Source: Pecten maximus
Taxonomy: Eukaryota
Reading direction: 5' to 3'
Length of the DNA: 64,000 nucleotides
NCBI RefSeq assembly: GCF_902652985.1
Contig: NC_047015.1
Span: forward strand, 40,672,001-40,736,000
Below the pieces are notes generated by a model. It was not told where the DNA came from and made no database searches. It worked only from the letters and a program-made list of their open reading frames with translations. Below are positions 1-13,093 of the stretch, in pieces (the stretch's first letter is position 1; each line of letters begins with the position of its first letter). Made by a program: the position numbers and the translations under genes.

Positions 1-90
1 GTCTGTCAAGTTAATAGAGGACTATATAGCAGATTCTCATACCAGCACAAACATCTACATAGAGAAAAAAAAACGTAAAGGTATAATAAA

Positions 91-238
91 ACAGTTATCA
101 AATGGGGTAATTCGGGCGATAGCAATTTTGTCAGCCCTTCTTCAACAACGGTTGCCCTCGGGCTAAAGCCCTCGTGCAACAGTTGTTGCTTCGGGGCTGA
201 CAAACTTACTATCGCCCCCATACCCATTTGATAACTGT
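91..238. mobile_element. Palindromic (foldback) MITE
   Basis: Nested inverted repeats ACAGTTATCAAATGGG/CCCATTTGATAACTGT, GGGCGATAG/CTATCGCCC, TTTGTCAGCCC/GGGCTGACAAA and CAACAAC/GTTGTTG surround a GGGCTAAAGCCC hairpin. Confidence 0.75.
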
Positions 239-444
239 ATACTATCACATGGTATTTCTTAATCCAATGCTTAGTTCATCTAAAGTTTTCTCACTGAATT
301 ATTCCGACGTCATAGAATTAAATCGTATGTATGTCTTCTCTTTATATAACCGGAATGACATATAGATGTGAATGATACCAACTGTTTATCTATATGAATT
401 ACCTAACCTGGTTGAAATACAGATCGTCATTATACATTACGTTA

Positions 445-1051
445 ATATATAATGATGATCTTCTGATTAAAATACAGATCATCATTGTAATGATCTGTAT
501 ATTAATTAGTAGTGTATAATGATGATTTATATCTTAATAAGCAGTGTATACTGATGATCTGTATATTAATTAGTGGTGTATAATGATGATCTGTATATTA
601 AGTATTAGTGTATAATAATGATCTGTATATAAATTAGTAGTGTATAATGATGATCTGTATTTTAATTAGTAGTGTATAATGATGATCTGTATATTAATTA
701 GTAGTGTATAATGATGATCTGTATATAAATTAGTAGTGTATAATAATGATCTGTATTTTAATTAGTGCATAATGATGATCTGTATTTCAATTAGTTGTGT
801 ATAATGATGATCTTTATTTTAATCAGTAGTGTATAATGATGATCTATATTTTAATCAGTAGTGTATAATGATGATCTGTATTTCAATTAGTTGTGTATAA
901 TGATGATCTTTATTTTAATCAGTAGTGTATAATGATGATCTATAATTTAATCAGTAGTGTATAATGATGATCTGTATTTCAATTAGTGGTGTATAATGAT
1001 GATCTATATTTTAATCAGTGGTGTATAATGATGATCTGTATTTTAATCAGA
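445..1051. repeat. 32-bp minisatellite
   Basis: Unit ATAATGATGATCTGTATATTAATTAGTAGTGT, about 18 copies. Confidence 0.95.
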
Positions 1052-2442
1052 TTGATAAATTACATGTAACTTTCGTAATTTCATCATTGGGCTGACACCT
1101 CTAATACACACATAGTGAATAGGTATAATGGTACTCTCATATTACCGGCAGTCAATTCATCACTGCGACCAGGCTGATACTGCCGAGTGTTTGACCACTG
1201 TGGTAGAATGACCAGGGTTGCTGAAAATGTGTGTTTACAATGTGTATATGGCATAACTAAAGTCAGACTGAGTCAAGTTTTCATTGTATCGAATACAAAC
1301 TTGATGCCCGTTGCCATTTGTTACATTCATTCCGGTTTTCATTCAGCTGGAAAGTGGAAATTTCTTTCTTAATAAACGCATCGTTATTGCCTGTGCTTTT
1401 CAGAGCTCTAATTCTACTTCTTGCCAAACTTCCATTTAAATAGTTACAGAAACAAAATCCTTTGTCTCAAAGTTTTGTATATTACAGCCGAACTAATTTT
1501 CATTTATCATAGCAGAACTCTACTGTAAGTATTTTACTCTGCTATTTTAACGGTTACAGGTTCCAATTTAACGTACGTTACAGTACAGGCGTTCCTTCAT
1601 TTTTGATAGTTGCATTAATATTTTATCAACCCATTTTGGACTGAAACGTTTATGGGCCCATTTACAGACTGGTAATCAGCTTGTCTGTAGGGTATAGAGC
1701 CAGCGTTTATTGACAAACATGCACATGGACCAGTCAAAGGACACGGAATTAGTCAGCCTTGGGCGGTCACAGGATAAGGCATTCTTTTGAACGCGTGTAA
1801 GCCTATCTACAGTCAATCGTGTTGATGGAATGGCTATACATGCATGATTATGTGCATATTTAGAAAGCATGCTACCATATTCATAAGACTCCAAATGGAA
1901 CACAGCGGGAAGTCTTTGTTAGCAAACACGAGGAAAACATGTAAAAACATTAAAGTCTGCATTCAGAGTCCTTTGTAAGACCCTGCCACAAATACATCAA
2001 AGTCAACATTTAATGACAAAAACATGGATGCCATCTCATTCATATGTGGAACCCTGTCGATTCCCAAGGGAGCTGGTCAAAGGCGTAGACGTGGCGTAGA
2101 TTGAAAGGCAACACTGATGCTACGTTTGTCCGGCGCCATGGTCATGTTTATGGGCAACCGGAACCTGCATGTATTAATAAAGGGTGGTATGACAGAGATT
2201 GATGTGGTGTTGTGTTCTATAAAACAGTAGTGTTTCGCATGGCTTCCGGGAAACAACAGTCCTGCACGAGTATTGCAAACACGCGCAATATTGTAGGTTT
2301 CAGCAATTGACTCGAATATAGATAGGAGGAATGTATTTTTTCTTGAAAGATGGTCAAAATTTAAAACTTTGAGAGATTGCAATAATAGAATAACTGAAAC
2401 AATTGTTTTTAAATAGACATATTTAAATAAGTGTTTGTTGTC

Positions 2443-2880
2443 ATTAGGTTATCTCGTAGACCCGAGGGTCAGGATAACCTATAACCATCGTGTTTCGTCC
2501 GTTACCGTGACCCGTGCGCCCTACGCTGTGTGTCGTGTACCATACATAAACGTTTCACATTTCAAACACAATTTCCACCAGTGAAACACAGCGCAGACAT
2601 TCATGAAATGATCCTGAGATGGTCCAAAACTTCGACACTGTAGCCACGGCGGCCATTTTGTAACATGATTGCGTACTCGTTCTTTCCCTGGGGTTTTTTT
2701 CCGGGTCGGTCCGAAGTCAAAAGTAACCGCCATCTTAAAAACACATTTTGAATTTCTCCAGTTCCACTGTTGCCATTGAACTAATAGTTTGTGGGGATGT
2801 TAAGGAAAGGAAGCCGACAAAATGTTTTCGGCCTCGTAATACTTCGGCACTGCAGCCACGGCGGCCATTTTATACAGTCA
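2443..2880 (+). mobile_element. HINE-like element fragment
   Basis: 5' hairpin AGGTTATC..GACCCGAGGGTC..GATAACCT, a CGTCCGT-type tract, and the internal repeat CTTCG.CACTG.AGCCACGGCGGCCATTTT at about 2630 and 2842. Confidence 0.55.
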
Positions 2881-3844
2881 TGTTTGTTTTCTGAACAACA
2901 CCTATTTCAGCCTTTTTCTCAAGTTTTACCTGTAGAAATAAGCGTAAACTTACTAGAAATGATTATATAAACATTTCACATGGAACCGGACATCACGAGA
3001 CTTCCTTAAATTAAAGAACGTTTGCATGGCAAAGAGCGGTCTCTTTATACACAGTAAACTGAATATCCAGTCAGTTCTCTTTAAGTTTTTAGAGCTGTCT
3101 GGGTAGACTTTGATATAACAATGACAACGCAACACTGTCTCTATTAGACAGAAACAAAGAAACGAGTGTATAGTTAAAATATCTGATGTCTTATGAAATA
3201 TGATGTAGGAAATGTTATCCCATCTTATGTATTTGATGCATAGACCATGTAGAGACTGGCGCGTTATCTCTTCACCTGACTTCCCAACAGTACACTTTTC
3301 CTCTATCTACCCATCAATCAATGCCTTTGTACGTCCTAGGGTTCTTCCATCCATCTCGATAGACATATACAGTCATCGTATTTGTCATCTCCTTCATCTG
3401 CCCAGTGTTCGTCATGGTGTCTGATGACTCGCGCCTGTAAGCACCAGACTGTGATGATTGGTAGCACTTCCAAAGGTGATACAACATACTCCCATCTATC
3501 TGCCAGGCTCCCAGCGGTGTCTCAAAACGCCTTGCGGTCACAAGCCAACCAACCATTCTCCAAATCGACTTGACATTTTAGAAATTGCTCTCTGGTTTTA
3601 AATCATTACTCAGACGTACATATGTATTGTATTGATTTTTTATTTCCACAACTGCTATAATGTATTTCCAGTAACTGTATGAACAGGGCGGTTATATCGA
3701 TCGTTTTAGACTATTTGCATTCTAATTAACCGGAAAGCTTTTATTTCAGTGGTGCATTGTTTTTTTTTTATTTGCATGTACATGTACTTATATTTGTTGC
3801 CGATATACGAATTAATAGTATGTCCGTCGTCTATTCAAGTATTT

Positions 3845-4580
3845 GACGGACGGACGTCAGAAATTCTGATGGACCTGTTCCTGACAGACGTAGATCTCTG
3901 AGGGACGAAGACCTCCGGTATATGTAGTCATCTGTCGCACGTACGCCACTTACGGGCGTAGACCTCTGTCGGACGTACGCCATTTATTTACGCAGATCAT
4001 TGACGGACATACGTCATTTACGGACGTAGACCTCTGTCGGACGTACGCCATTTATTGACGCAGATCTCTGACGGACATACGTCATTTACGAACGTAGAAC
4101 TCTGACGGATTTACGGCTATGACAGACGTACATCTCTTCTCTGACGGACGTCCTCCACTTACTGATGTAGATCTGTGATGGATGTAAGCCACATACGGAC
4201 GTAGATCTCTGACGGACGTACGCCACTTACGGATGCAGATCTCTGATAGACGTACGTCATTTACGGATGCAGATCTCTGACGGACGTACGCCACTTACGG
4301 ACGCAGATCTCTGATAGACGTACGCCACTTACGGATGCAGATCTCTGATAGACGTACGCCACTTACGGATGTAGATCTCTGTTAGACGTACGCCATTTAC
4401 GGACGTATATCTCTGACGGACGTACGCCACTTACGGATGTAGATCTCTGATAGACGTACACCACTTACGGATGTAGATCTTTGATAGACGTACGCCACTT
4501 ACGGATGCAGATCTCTGATAGACGTACGCCACTTACGGATGTAGATCTGTGATAGACGTACGTCACTTACGGATATAGAC
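3845..4580. repeat. 34-bp minisatellite
   Basis: Unit TTACGGATGCAGATCTCTGATAGACGTACGCCAC; more degenerate at the left end. Confidence 0.95.
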
Positions 4581-4599
4581 CACAGACTTCTAATAAGAT

Positions 4600-4882
4600 T
4601 AAGGCCCGGTGCATCCCATTGCATGTCGATCGTTTAAGGCGACTAAAAGTGGCACCCCTGAAGAATCAGGGAATTGTTTTCCTTGCTTTTTATTAAGGGT
4701 ATATTGGAGAGACCAAAATAGATCTTCTGTCCCCATTGCAGCAATCAAGATCATAAATCTTTCATTTCTTTGCTCGCTTCTCTGTCTTTCTGTGCTGTAT
4801 TTTTCTTCTATAGTTGTCGCGTCCTCTTATGACACTGGCTGTGGCGAGGAAGTTAAACGCCTAAAAACGAAACAAACGAACA
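4600..4882 (+). mobile_element. Truncated SINE/retroposon 3' portion
   Basis: The tail TGACACTGGCTGT...GTTAAACG...AAACAAAC resembles the tail of the 26783 SINE (TGACCCTGGCTATT...GTTAAACAAAAACAAAC). The head carries a GCATGTCG...AGGCGACTAAA motif. Confidence 0.5.
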
Positions 4883-6249
4883 AGCTTCAAACTAATTATC
4901 TAGATCGATTTTTGAACAAAATACTAATGTTACATCAGAAAATCGATTTTCATTTTAAATCGAATTCTTCCTTAAAGTGATATTTTTTTGGAAAACATTT
5001 AGCAAGAATGAAAAGTAGGCCCTATTAAGAATAACATGAGTTTACATGCACAACGACGTAATAACGACTCGTAAACGAAATCGTAATTCTAACTCAAAAT
5101 CGATAAATTTTGCGCGGGTAACAAATTCACCCACGCGTTTTATTTGTAAAGTGTGTTGTATTTATAAAAAAAAATGTTCAAAAGAATAAAGGTAATCGAT
5201 CGCAGAAATATTAGTATAGTTTACGTATAGAAACCACGAAATTAAATCCTCGTGGAAATAACCACTTTTACAGTATTCCTTTACAGCTGTCTAGACGTTA
5301 CAACGTTTTTTCAGTATTCCCTGTACTAACAATCAAATTATGACATGGACAAACACCTGAAACTACCACGATGATGGTTCTGTGAACACACTAAGACTTG
5401 ATGCTTTCTCTCTATATGCTGATCGACAAGTCTCACCTATACTCAAAACCTGTACAGCATCGCCATTAAAATGATTTTAACAACAAAATAACAATTTCGA
5501 ATTCAATGTCGGTCCCGCACATGACAACACGAGGCTATCCCCCGAGTGCTACGTCGCCGATTTAAAGTTTCTGTATTATCTGGGAGTGTTTTGCAGGTTA
5601 GCCCTGTGTTTCTTTACATTTTAATTTTACAAAGTGATCAGTGGTGTTTCCAGATATGTGGGGAGTATGAGGTCCCGTCACATCACTTTCCAAGCGCCAG
5701 GAAATCGAAGCCCCTATCTCGCTCCTCCAAATTAAACGTTAGGCTGACCTAGTTTCATAAACGTGTTCTTTTTCCTTTAACAATTTTCCATAATTATGAA
5801 AACACACCTATAAAAATACAGGCGCATTCTTATAATAGTATTTGTATTGTGTAATTCAAAAACCTCTCACTAATTATACTGTTCAATTTCAAAACAATTA
5901 ACTGGTTGTTAAATGTCGATATGCATTTACGGGAACAAATGATTGGAAAGTAGTTTTCTTTAGGAATATCTTCCGTATATGGATACTCGACATTAACGTA
6001 GAAGGTAAATTTCTACAAGAAGTTATCTTTATTCTTTTGCACCATGTTTGTGTAGCAGGGCGTATACAACTCTTTAGCAAAACCTACATTCAATACCAAA
6101 CGACGATTGGAATGGTGTTTCAAGCAATGAAACAAAAATAGCGAATACCGACGCGTAAGCGACATCGTAGTATCGTAAATATCGAGGGCAAAATCTTAAC
6201 TAAACACAGATTAACAGGTAAACCACAGGTAAAGTGCAACAGGAATGTA

Positions 6250-6690
6250 GTAAAACTAGTTGTTTTTGGAAGGTTAAGTGCCTTCTGCTTCATCAACGAC
6301 ATAGATAGCACTTGGACATGAAACGCACTTTCTTATTATATATTATAGCTGGTAACACAATAGGAGAATATCTAACACACGCTTTTCATAGAGACATTTG
6401 AAAACACCAGCTGTTTCTAAAGGTTAAGCGTCTTTTGCTTCATCGACGACACAGATAACATTAAGATACATGATACATACTTTCTTTTTATACGTTATAG
6501 ATGGTAACATAATAGGATAATAAATAGCCCATTCTTTTCACGGAAACCCCAGAAAACCCCAGATGTCTGTTAAGCTTTAGCGCCTTCTGATTCATCGACG
6601 ACACAAATTACATTTTTATACATGCTACGCACTATTCTTATATGTTATAGCTGGTAGCATTTTTAGGACAATATATATAACGAACGCATT
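6250..6690. repeat. ~150-bp degenerate tandem repeat (3 copies)
   Basis: TTAAG.G.CTT.TGCTTCATC.ACGAC...TTATAG.TGGTA recurs at about 6273, 6423 and 6577. Confidence 0.8.
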
Positions 6691-9600
6691 TCATATTCAG
6701 ATGAAAGGCGTCGCGACATACTAACAATACTTCATTAAGAGGTACTGTGTGTCCTTAAAGTGTACATTAGCTTTAAAATAAGCATACCATTCACCGAATT
6801 ACCAGTTATCTCTGTATATATTTCAATGATATGGACAGAATATACATCATTGAAATCTTTACATAGTTATGGTATTTGTTGGTCGAGTCATTCTGTTTTT
6901 GTTTGAAAGCAATCGTATATCCAGGTACTCAGTTAATTTAAGTAGAATATCGGCTGCAAGGTGAATGGCAAAGAAGCATATTATTGTCAATGGCATTTAG
7001 GAATCTTAGAGTTCTATACAATTTGATTACAGGTCAATGCACTTTGAACTACCTATTTGGCTGGAAGAAAAACTCATTTTGTGTATCGCATTTAAGTACA
7101 GCATTTTCAAGCATTCATATCATGTATTTTCTGATAATTCATTGGGTAGCACAGCTGAGTTATACTAACACTGTTTAGAAAAAAAAACATTGATGGACAT
7201 GATGGACACTCGCCTGTAAAGATCCAATGAAATAGTACATTGTATAGTTAGAAATGCGGTCACATTTACAATCCGAATGAATTGCTGCATCATTTTAACT
7301 TTCTGGACGGATTTAACAATCTCTTAATGTGTGAGGAATGTATTCGCACCAGGAATGTAGCTTCATGTTCGTCTAGGTAGCTAGGTCATGATTATCTTTC
7401 CATTCTGAGCGAATATATAGTGAAGTTTTTGTTTTTGTAAGTATTCACAAATGATGATGAATGCGTCTGGGTTATTTAGGTAAAGTAACACTATCGGACA
7501 CGCACCTACTTAGCTGAGGTGACATATTATCTATTCTAATCGATGTCTAAATAAGCTCTGGGTGTTTCTGGTTAAGGTATTCATCTTGGTTTGCATCCGA
7601 ACAACCGTCACTGAATGGTAAGATGCATAATATTTTTATTGATTATCAGGGGCTTTCTAAAATGGTAGGCGACATCCCTGGCAGATAATTATGGAGATGA
7701 TGAATGGCATCACCCTTTTATAATCATACAATTGACATTTATCACGTGACACGACCCGACGTGTGTGGATTTATTATACATGGTTTCTGAAGGTCATAAA
7801 AGGTCAAAGCGATAAATATGATATTTCCAACTAATATATAAAACTAATTATTTCCTATGAAAATAATATTCTTCTGACATAAGTGAGTTAACGGGATGTT
7901 CAATACTGCAACAACTAACTATTCGCTAGGAAAGACAATGTATGGTGTATCTTTACCAGGCAGTCTTCTCCTCTAAGGGAGATGAAAACAATCATCTCTT
8001 TTGAAAAATCACCAGTTCAGTTAGGTTCTGGTGTTAATTAGTTTTTCGGCTTGAACAATGACCCGATGTTGACGAAGTGTTGTTATGGTCTTAAACGGGA
8101 GCAATTTAAAACTCTGTAATTAGGCCAACGCATGTGAAATGGTTTAAACCGAAGCCTAAGAACAATTCAACTGGTCCGTGTAGAATATTAGTCATCTGTC
8201 ATAACAAAAGAATAGTACCGCATTTATCTGAAGATGTATCCAGCTTTCATTGATCAACGTGTCTTCTTGTTATAGAATTAGGAATAATTGTTGCACATGC
8301 ATCAGTCCTACATGGGCGCTAGTGCAGTAAGTCGGTGAGGCGTTCGAGGGTATCAAAACCTACAAGGGTATTATTTAACGTAGTCACGCTTTGGAGATAA
8401 TTGGACATTATTACAGGGGTTTTACCAATACAATCACAAATAGATGACCAGCTATTAATCTTGCAATCTTCTTAGTCGTTGGGAACACGTATTCTGAATT
8501 GTGGGCGTGGTGTATATAGAACAATAGAAGCACATTTGCGAATACATGTATTAGGAATTAAATAGATTGTAACTATTGCAGTGAGTATATTCTTCTGAAT
8601 AGCTTCATGAGACATGACTGTTCCATCACCACTCTATGGAACAGGTAATGTTTCCATCACCACTTAATGGAACAGCTAAGGTTTTTTGGGGAATAATCAT
8701 ATTCCTAATTTATAGAAGATGCAGAAACCAAATAGTACCCTATTGCTATAAGGTTCTGTATAAATGCATGCACAATGACCAGGCCTAATCTATTTGGCAG
8801 TGTAATTAAATATTTGACCTCTGTTACGACTAGAACGGTAAGTTATGTGACATTAATTCGTAGTAAATCGTAAACCAAAATCACATGACTGTGGGATTTC
8901 GTAATTATGTTTGAAACAAAGGTAGTCGTATTTAATGAAAGGGACATGTTTCAATTAAAATTAAATGGCTTCACTTAGAAAAAGTACTGCTGGTATATCC
9001 TAGTGATTATCTGATTCGAAGTTCAGCTTTTTTCATAGGTTCTCTATCATAAATACAATGCCCTCTGGTAAGAGGTTAGATTTGTTTCTCTGCCCAATCT
9101 TCTAAAGAGACGTCTGTTCTGTTTTGCTGTTTTGTCTCTCATCTCTGTCGTATTAGTATCCTGATCTTTTGCCATTTTACGTTGCTATAGCCTTAAATAC
9201 AAGCTACTTTATTTTTATATATAGTAGCCATAGTTTCGTGTCTCTATATAATGCCTGCCCTTCACTGACATTATCACCACTATGTTGTCTGAGGCACTGC
9301 CCATTACTAATATGTAAATTACCGATTACCGCTTTGTTATTTTCTTGTAGATATAATTATGACAATCGGCAATTTAACTATTGGTTCTTTTTAAAATACT
9401 ACAATGATTTAGCACAACACCGTATAATTGTTGTGATAAAATTGACCTCGTCTCCTGCCTTGTTTAACAACACTGGGTGTCATTATTGCACACGTGCAAC
9501 AGACAGTTTGTTTCCACCGTAAGACGACGTGAAACACAGGATGGTTAGCTCGTTAGTTCTGAAGACCAGCCACCAGGTGAGGTGACCATTCAAAATACGT

Positions 9601-10146
9601 GAAGTTGATTATCGTAATTTATGTTCTAACGTTGTCAAAAATATCGTAAATTACATTTTCACACGAATGATTGTCATTCATGAAAAACTTCTTTTATGAC
9701 CTATATGACAAAGCAAATCTTTTGAATTCCTTCCTCGGAGTTAAGGACAACGGGAGGGTATTCAGTTTTAGCAAAGAACAAAAAAAGAAAAAATTCTATA
9801 GCGTGGATACAATACGACAAGACAACAAGACGGACTTAAACACAATAGGTGGCCATTGGACTCTACCATAATAGGTGGGGAAAGCTGGGGCCATACATTA
9901 ACACGGATCCTATCATACCAATTCAGGTCAAGAAAAGGACATCGCCCTCCAAAATTAGGCTTCTTAACCGTAGTATTATCAGAGTTCTGATTAGTGCTGC
10001 TTTACTTCATTACCCGGGACAGATTGTGTATTGTACCTCGAAAACAATATCTGATGAAGAAAAATGCTTCAAGTTGTTACTAATATATGTGTGTTATTAC
10101 ACGAAATAGTTGCTAAGAAAACGCGAAAATCTATGAAGTAATTTAC

Positions 10147-10588
10147 TTGAAATACTTCGTTCCATGTTTACCGTCTATATGACACAGCCTTTTGCTAGGC
10201 CCGTCTCGCCGATTATAATCTATGATCTGTCGGTGGTGTTGAAATACTTATTTCCATGTCTACATGGCTCAGCCTTTTGCTAGGCCCGTCTCACCGATTA
10301 TAATCTATGATCTGTCGGTGGTGTTGAAATACTTATTTCCATGTCTACATGGCTCAGCCTATTGCTAGGCCCGTCTCACCGATTATAGTCTATGATCTGT
10401 CGGTGGTGTTGAAATACTTATTTTCATGTCTACATGGCACAACTTATTGCTAGGCCCGTCTCACCGATTATAGTCTATAATTTGTCGGTGGTGTTGAAAT
10501 ACTTATTTCCATGTCTACATGGCACAACTTATTGCTAGGCCCGTCTCACCGATTATAATCTATGATCTGTCGGTGGTGTTGAAATACT
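10147..10588. repeat. 85-bp tandem repeat (~5 copies)
   Basis: TGCTAGGCCCGTCTC.CCGATTATA at 10193, 10278, 10363, 10448 and 10533. Confidence 0.95.
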
Positions 10589-13069
10589 GGGTAAATACTT
10601 ATTTGATACGAAAGTTGATTCCACGAAAATATCTTACTTGACTTTTTACCACGAAAGAAAGTACCCACAGTTATAAAGAACTGTATCTGTGATTGTAGGC
10701 CTGATTTAGGTATTCCATCATCACACTACTGAAGTTAGTGCAATGAACATATTTGTTTCAACACATTTGAAAAGTGTAATATGAGCTCCACATCGATGCA
10801 TTCCTCAGTCAGACCCAATCTGTCTGCCTAAAATGAACAGCGAACAGACACACACTTATGTCGGAAATCACGGCAATTAACTTCCGTCAATTTGCCAATG
10901 AAAAATGACACAATATCGCACAATACAGTCATTTTTATAGGTTACGAAAACCCCTTAGTCAGTCAAACGCTTGATATATTAATTGTTTACAACGGTTGGA
11001 AACAAAACAAGGCAAGAGTTTCGTTTTCGGTCTCCTTTTTATAGTTCGGTCGCATCTTGATTCCGTTTTTATATTTAGATACATATCACATGCAATATAC
11101 GTTTTTCTGGACGATGTGTAAAGTTAACAGTTCTTTCAATGTTCTCCCAGACACATCCATCTTCTGTCTTGTAAACTCGGAAGTCAATCCAATTCCATTT
11201 CTGTTGAAATGATATACGAATGTACTCATGAGTGGAGAAAGTACACTTCAATGTGCTCTCAATATCACATAAGGCCACAGATCGCTATGAAAATTATTTT
11301 TTGTAATTTCAACATTGAGTACAAACTTGACCCGTGTTTAAAGCTTGGGTTTCGACGACGAGGAATGGAAATAGTGTTATCAACTCTAGGTGTTAGGACA
11401 AGTTTCAAAGTAAACCACAAATTATAATGTAGATAATGATTTGGTGAAGATGGAGCCTCACTTTAATTCTCGTTATCGGAATTTCTATTGTATATTTTCT
11501 TTTAGTAGATTGTTGTTTATTTCTCTCATCACATGCCTGTAATCCAGATCCTGTAAATCCGGCCTGATAGCGATCTGTGCCCAGTGGCCGTTATGAGAGG
11601 GAAACAAAAGCTGACGACACCACGACCGAGTACACACAGTGTCACAATCAAGGCGGAGCGATAATGAAATGATGATAATTGTATCAAAGAGACATCTAAT
11701 TACTAGGGATTTTACGACCTCCACGGGCATTCGTCTGCCGTCTGCCAATTCTAATATGGTTTACGATACCCCTGGGAAATAGCACAAGAGAACTTTCGCG
11801 CCGAAAGTATCATCTTCGAAAGTAAGATAGGATAAAGTGAATGTGACCGTGACTTTGTCTAGCGTTTTGGTGCCTATGTTGAATTAGTTGTGGTAAATTA
11901 TTGATGATCACTACTTTGTATTAATGCACCCTGGCTGTGTTTTTCTAGGCACATTCTATAATTACAAAGGTTTATTCGCCATTGGGCAGCCGAGCAGACG
12001 ATACCGCTGGTATACATTAATTCGTTCCTTTTGCACAACTGAATAGTTTCACGATGATAAAAAGATAATCTTCTTTGAAAAATTAAATGTCAGATGAATT
12101 CCAGACTAGTATGTCTGTTTAAAAAAAACTGTATCTTAAAGAGTTATAATGTCTATCTAATATTTTGATATTTATTGAAATCCTCAGCTTTGTTCAACAT
12201 AACATATGTTGTAATTGTGTATCACATATATAAAGTATACATTACATATAGGTTCTTTTGTGGTGAAGTAATTCGTCTCAATAATAAATGTACAGATGGC
12301 ATTGCAGGTGTACAGTCGGAATTTCTGTAATTATCAATCGTCTGGTTCTGTCGCCATATATGGACACTTCTACAAAATTAATTTAAATAGGAGTAGACAA
12401 CAGCCCGTCCTTGACTTCAAGCACTTGTACTTTAATAATGTAAAGGTTCGAGGGATATATAGCAGATAACTATCCCTCATATGCTTTGATGAGTGGAAGA
12501 CCTACCAAGGTGTGATAGGATAATGCTGTATGTGATTACGCAATCCTTACTTGATCCTGGTAACTCCTAGCTTACGCATTGTACGTTTTTTCCTCAAAAC
12601 GACTGGCTTATTATTCTTTTCTTCCATATGGAATCTATCTAGTTTATATTGGATTTATGAACTTCATAAGAATCTTTACAATCAACGTTTTATTGCTGAC
12701 TACAGTAGTTCAAAACCTTTATCCAGACGTCTTTCTCCCATTCTTAGTACAATTGAGTCAGTGCTGCAGGCCTATTGGGATACTGTTTACTACAGGTGTA
12801 ATTACTGGAAAGTGGATTTTGAAGGAAAAAAAACACAAACAAATATCATTTATTCTATCTCAAAACGTTTGATTTTCCACTGTTTAAATTACCTTTATCC
12901 AAGAAGGGCGAACGACGTTAAAAGTACATTGTTGTGAACTATACGGGAACATACGACTAGGGCCCATAGGAAATACACAGACAATGAAATCGCGAGAATG
13001 ATTGAATTTCGTAGTTTTGCAACTAGATCTTTCAACACATTATTGGCAGTCCCATGGGAACAAACTGTG

Positions 13070-13093
13070 CCCCCCCCCCCCCCCCCCCCCCCT
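13070..13093. repeat. poly(C) tract
   Basis: Direct observation. Confidence 0.9.

Noticed and set aside
1676-2382. Slightly GC-richer stretch with 75-101 aa ORFs
   Set aside because: No recognisable motif in the frames examined; possibly an old TE, but unsupported.
10147-10588. Regularly spaced repeats as a CRISPR array
   Set aside because: Whole 85-bp units repeat with no unique spacers, the context is eukaryotic and there are no cas genes. The same applies to the 49-bp array.
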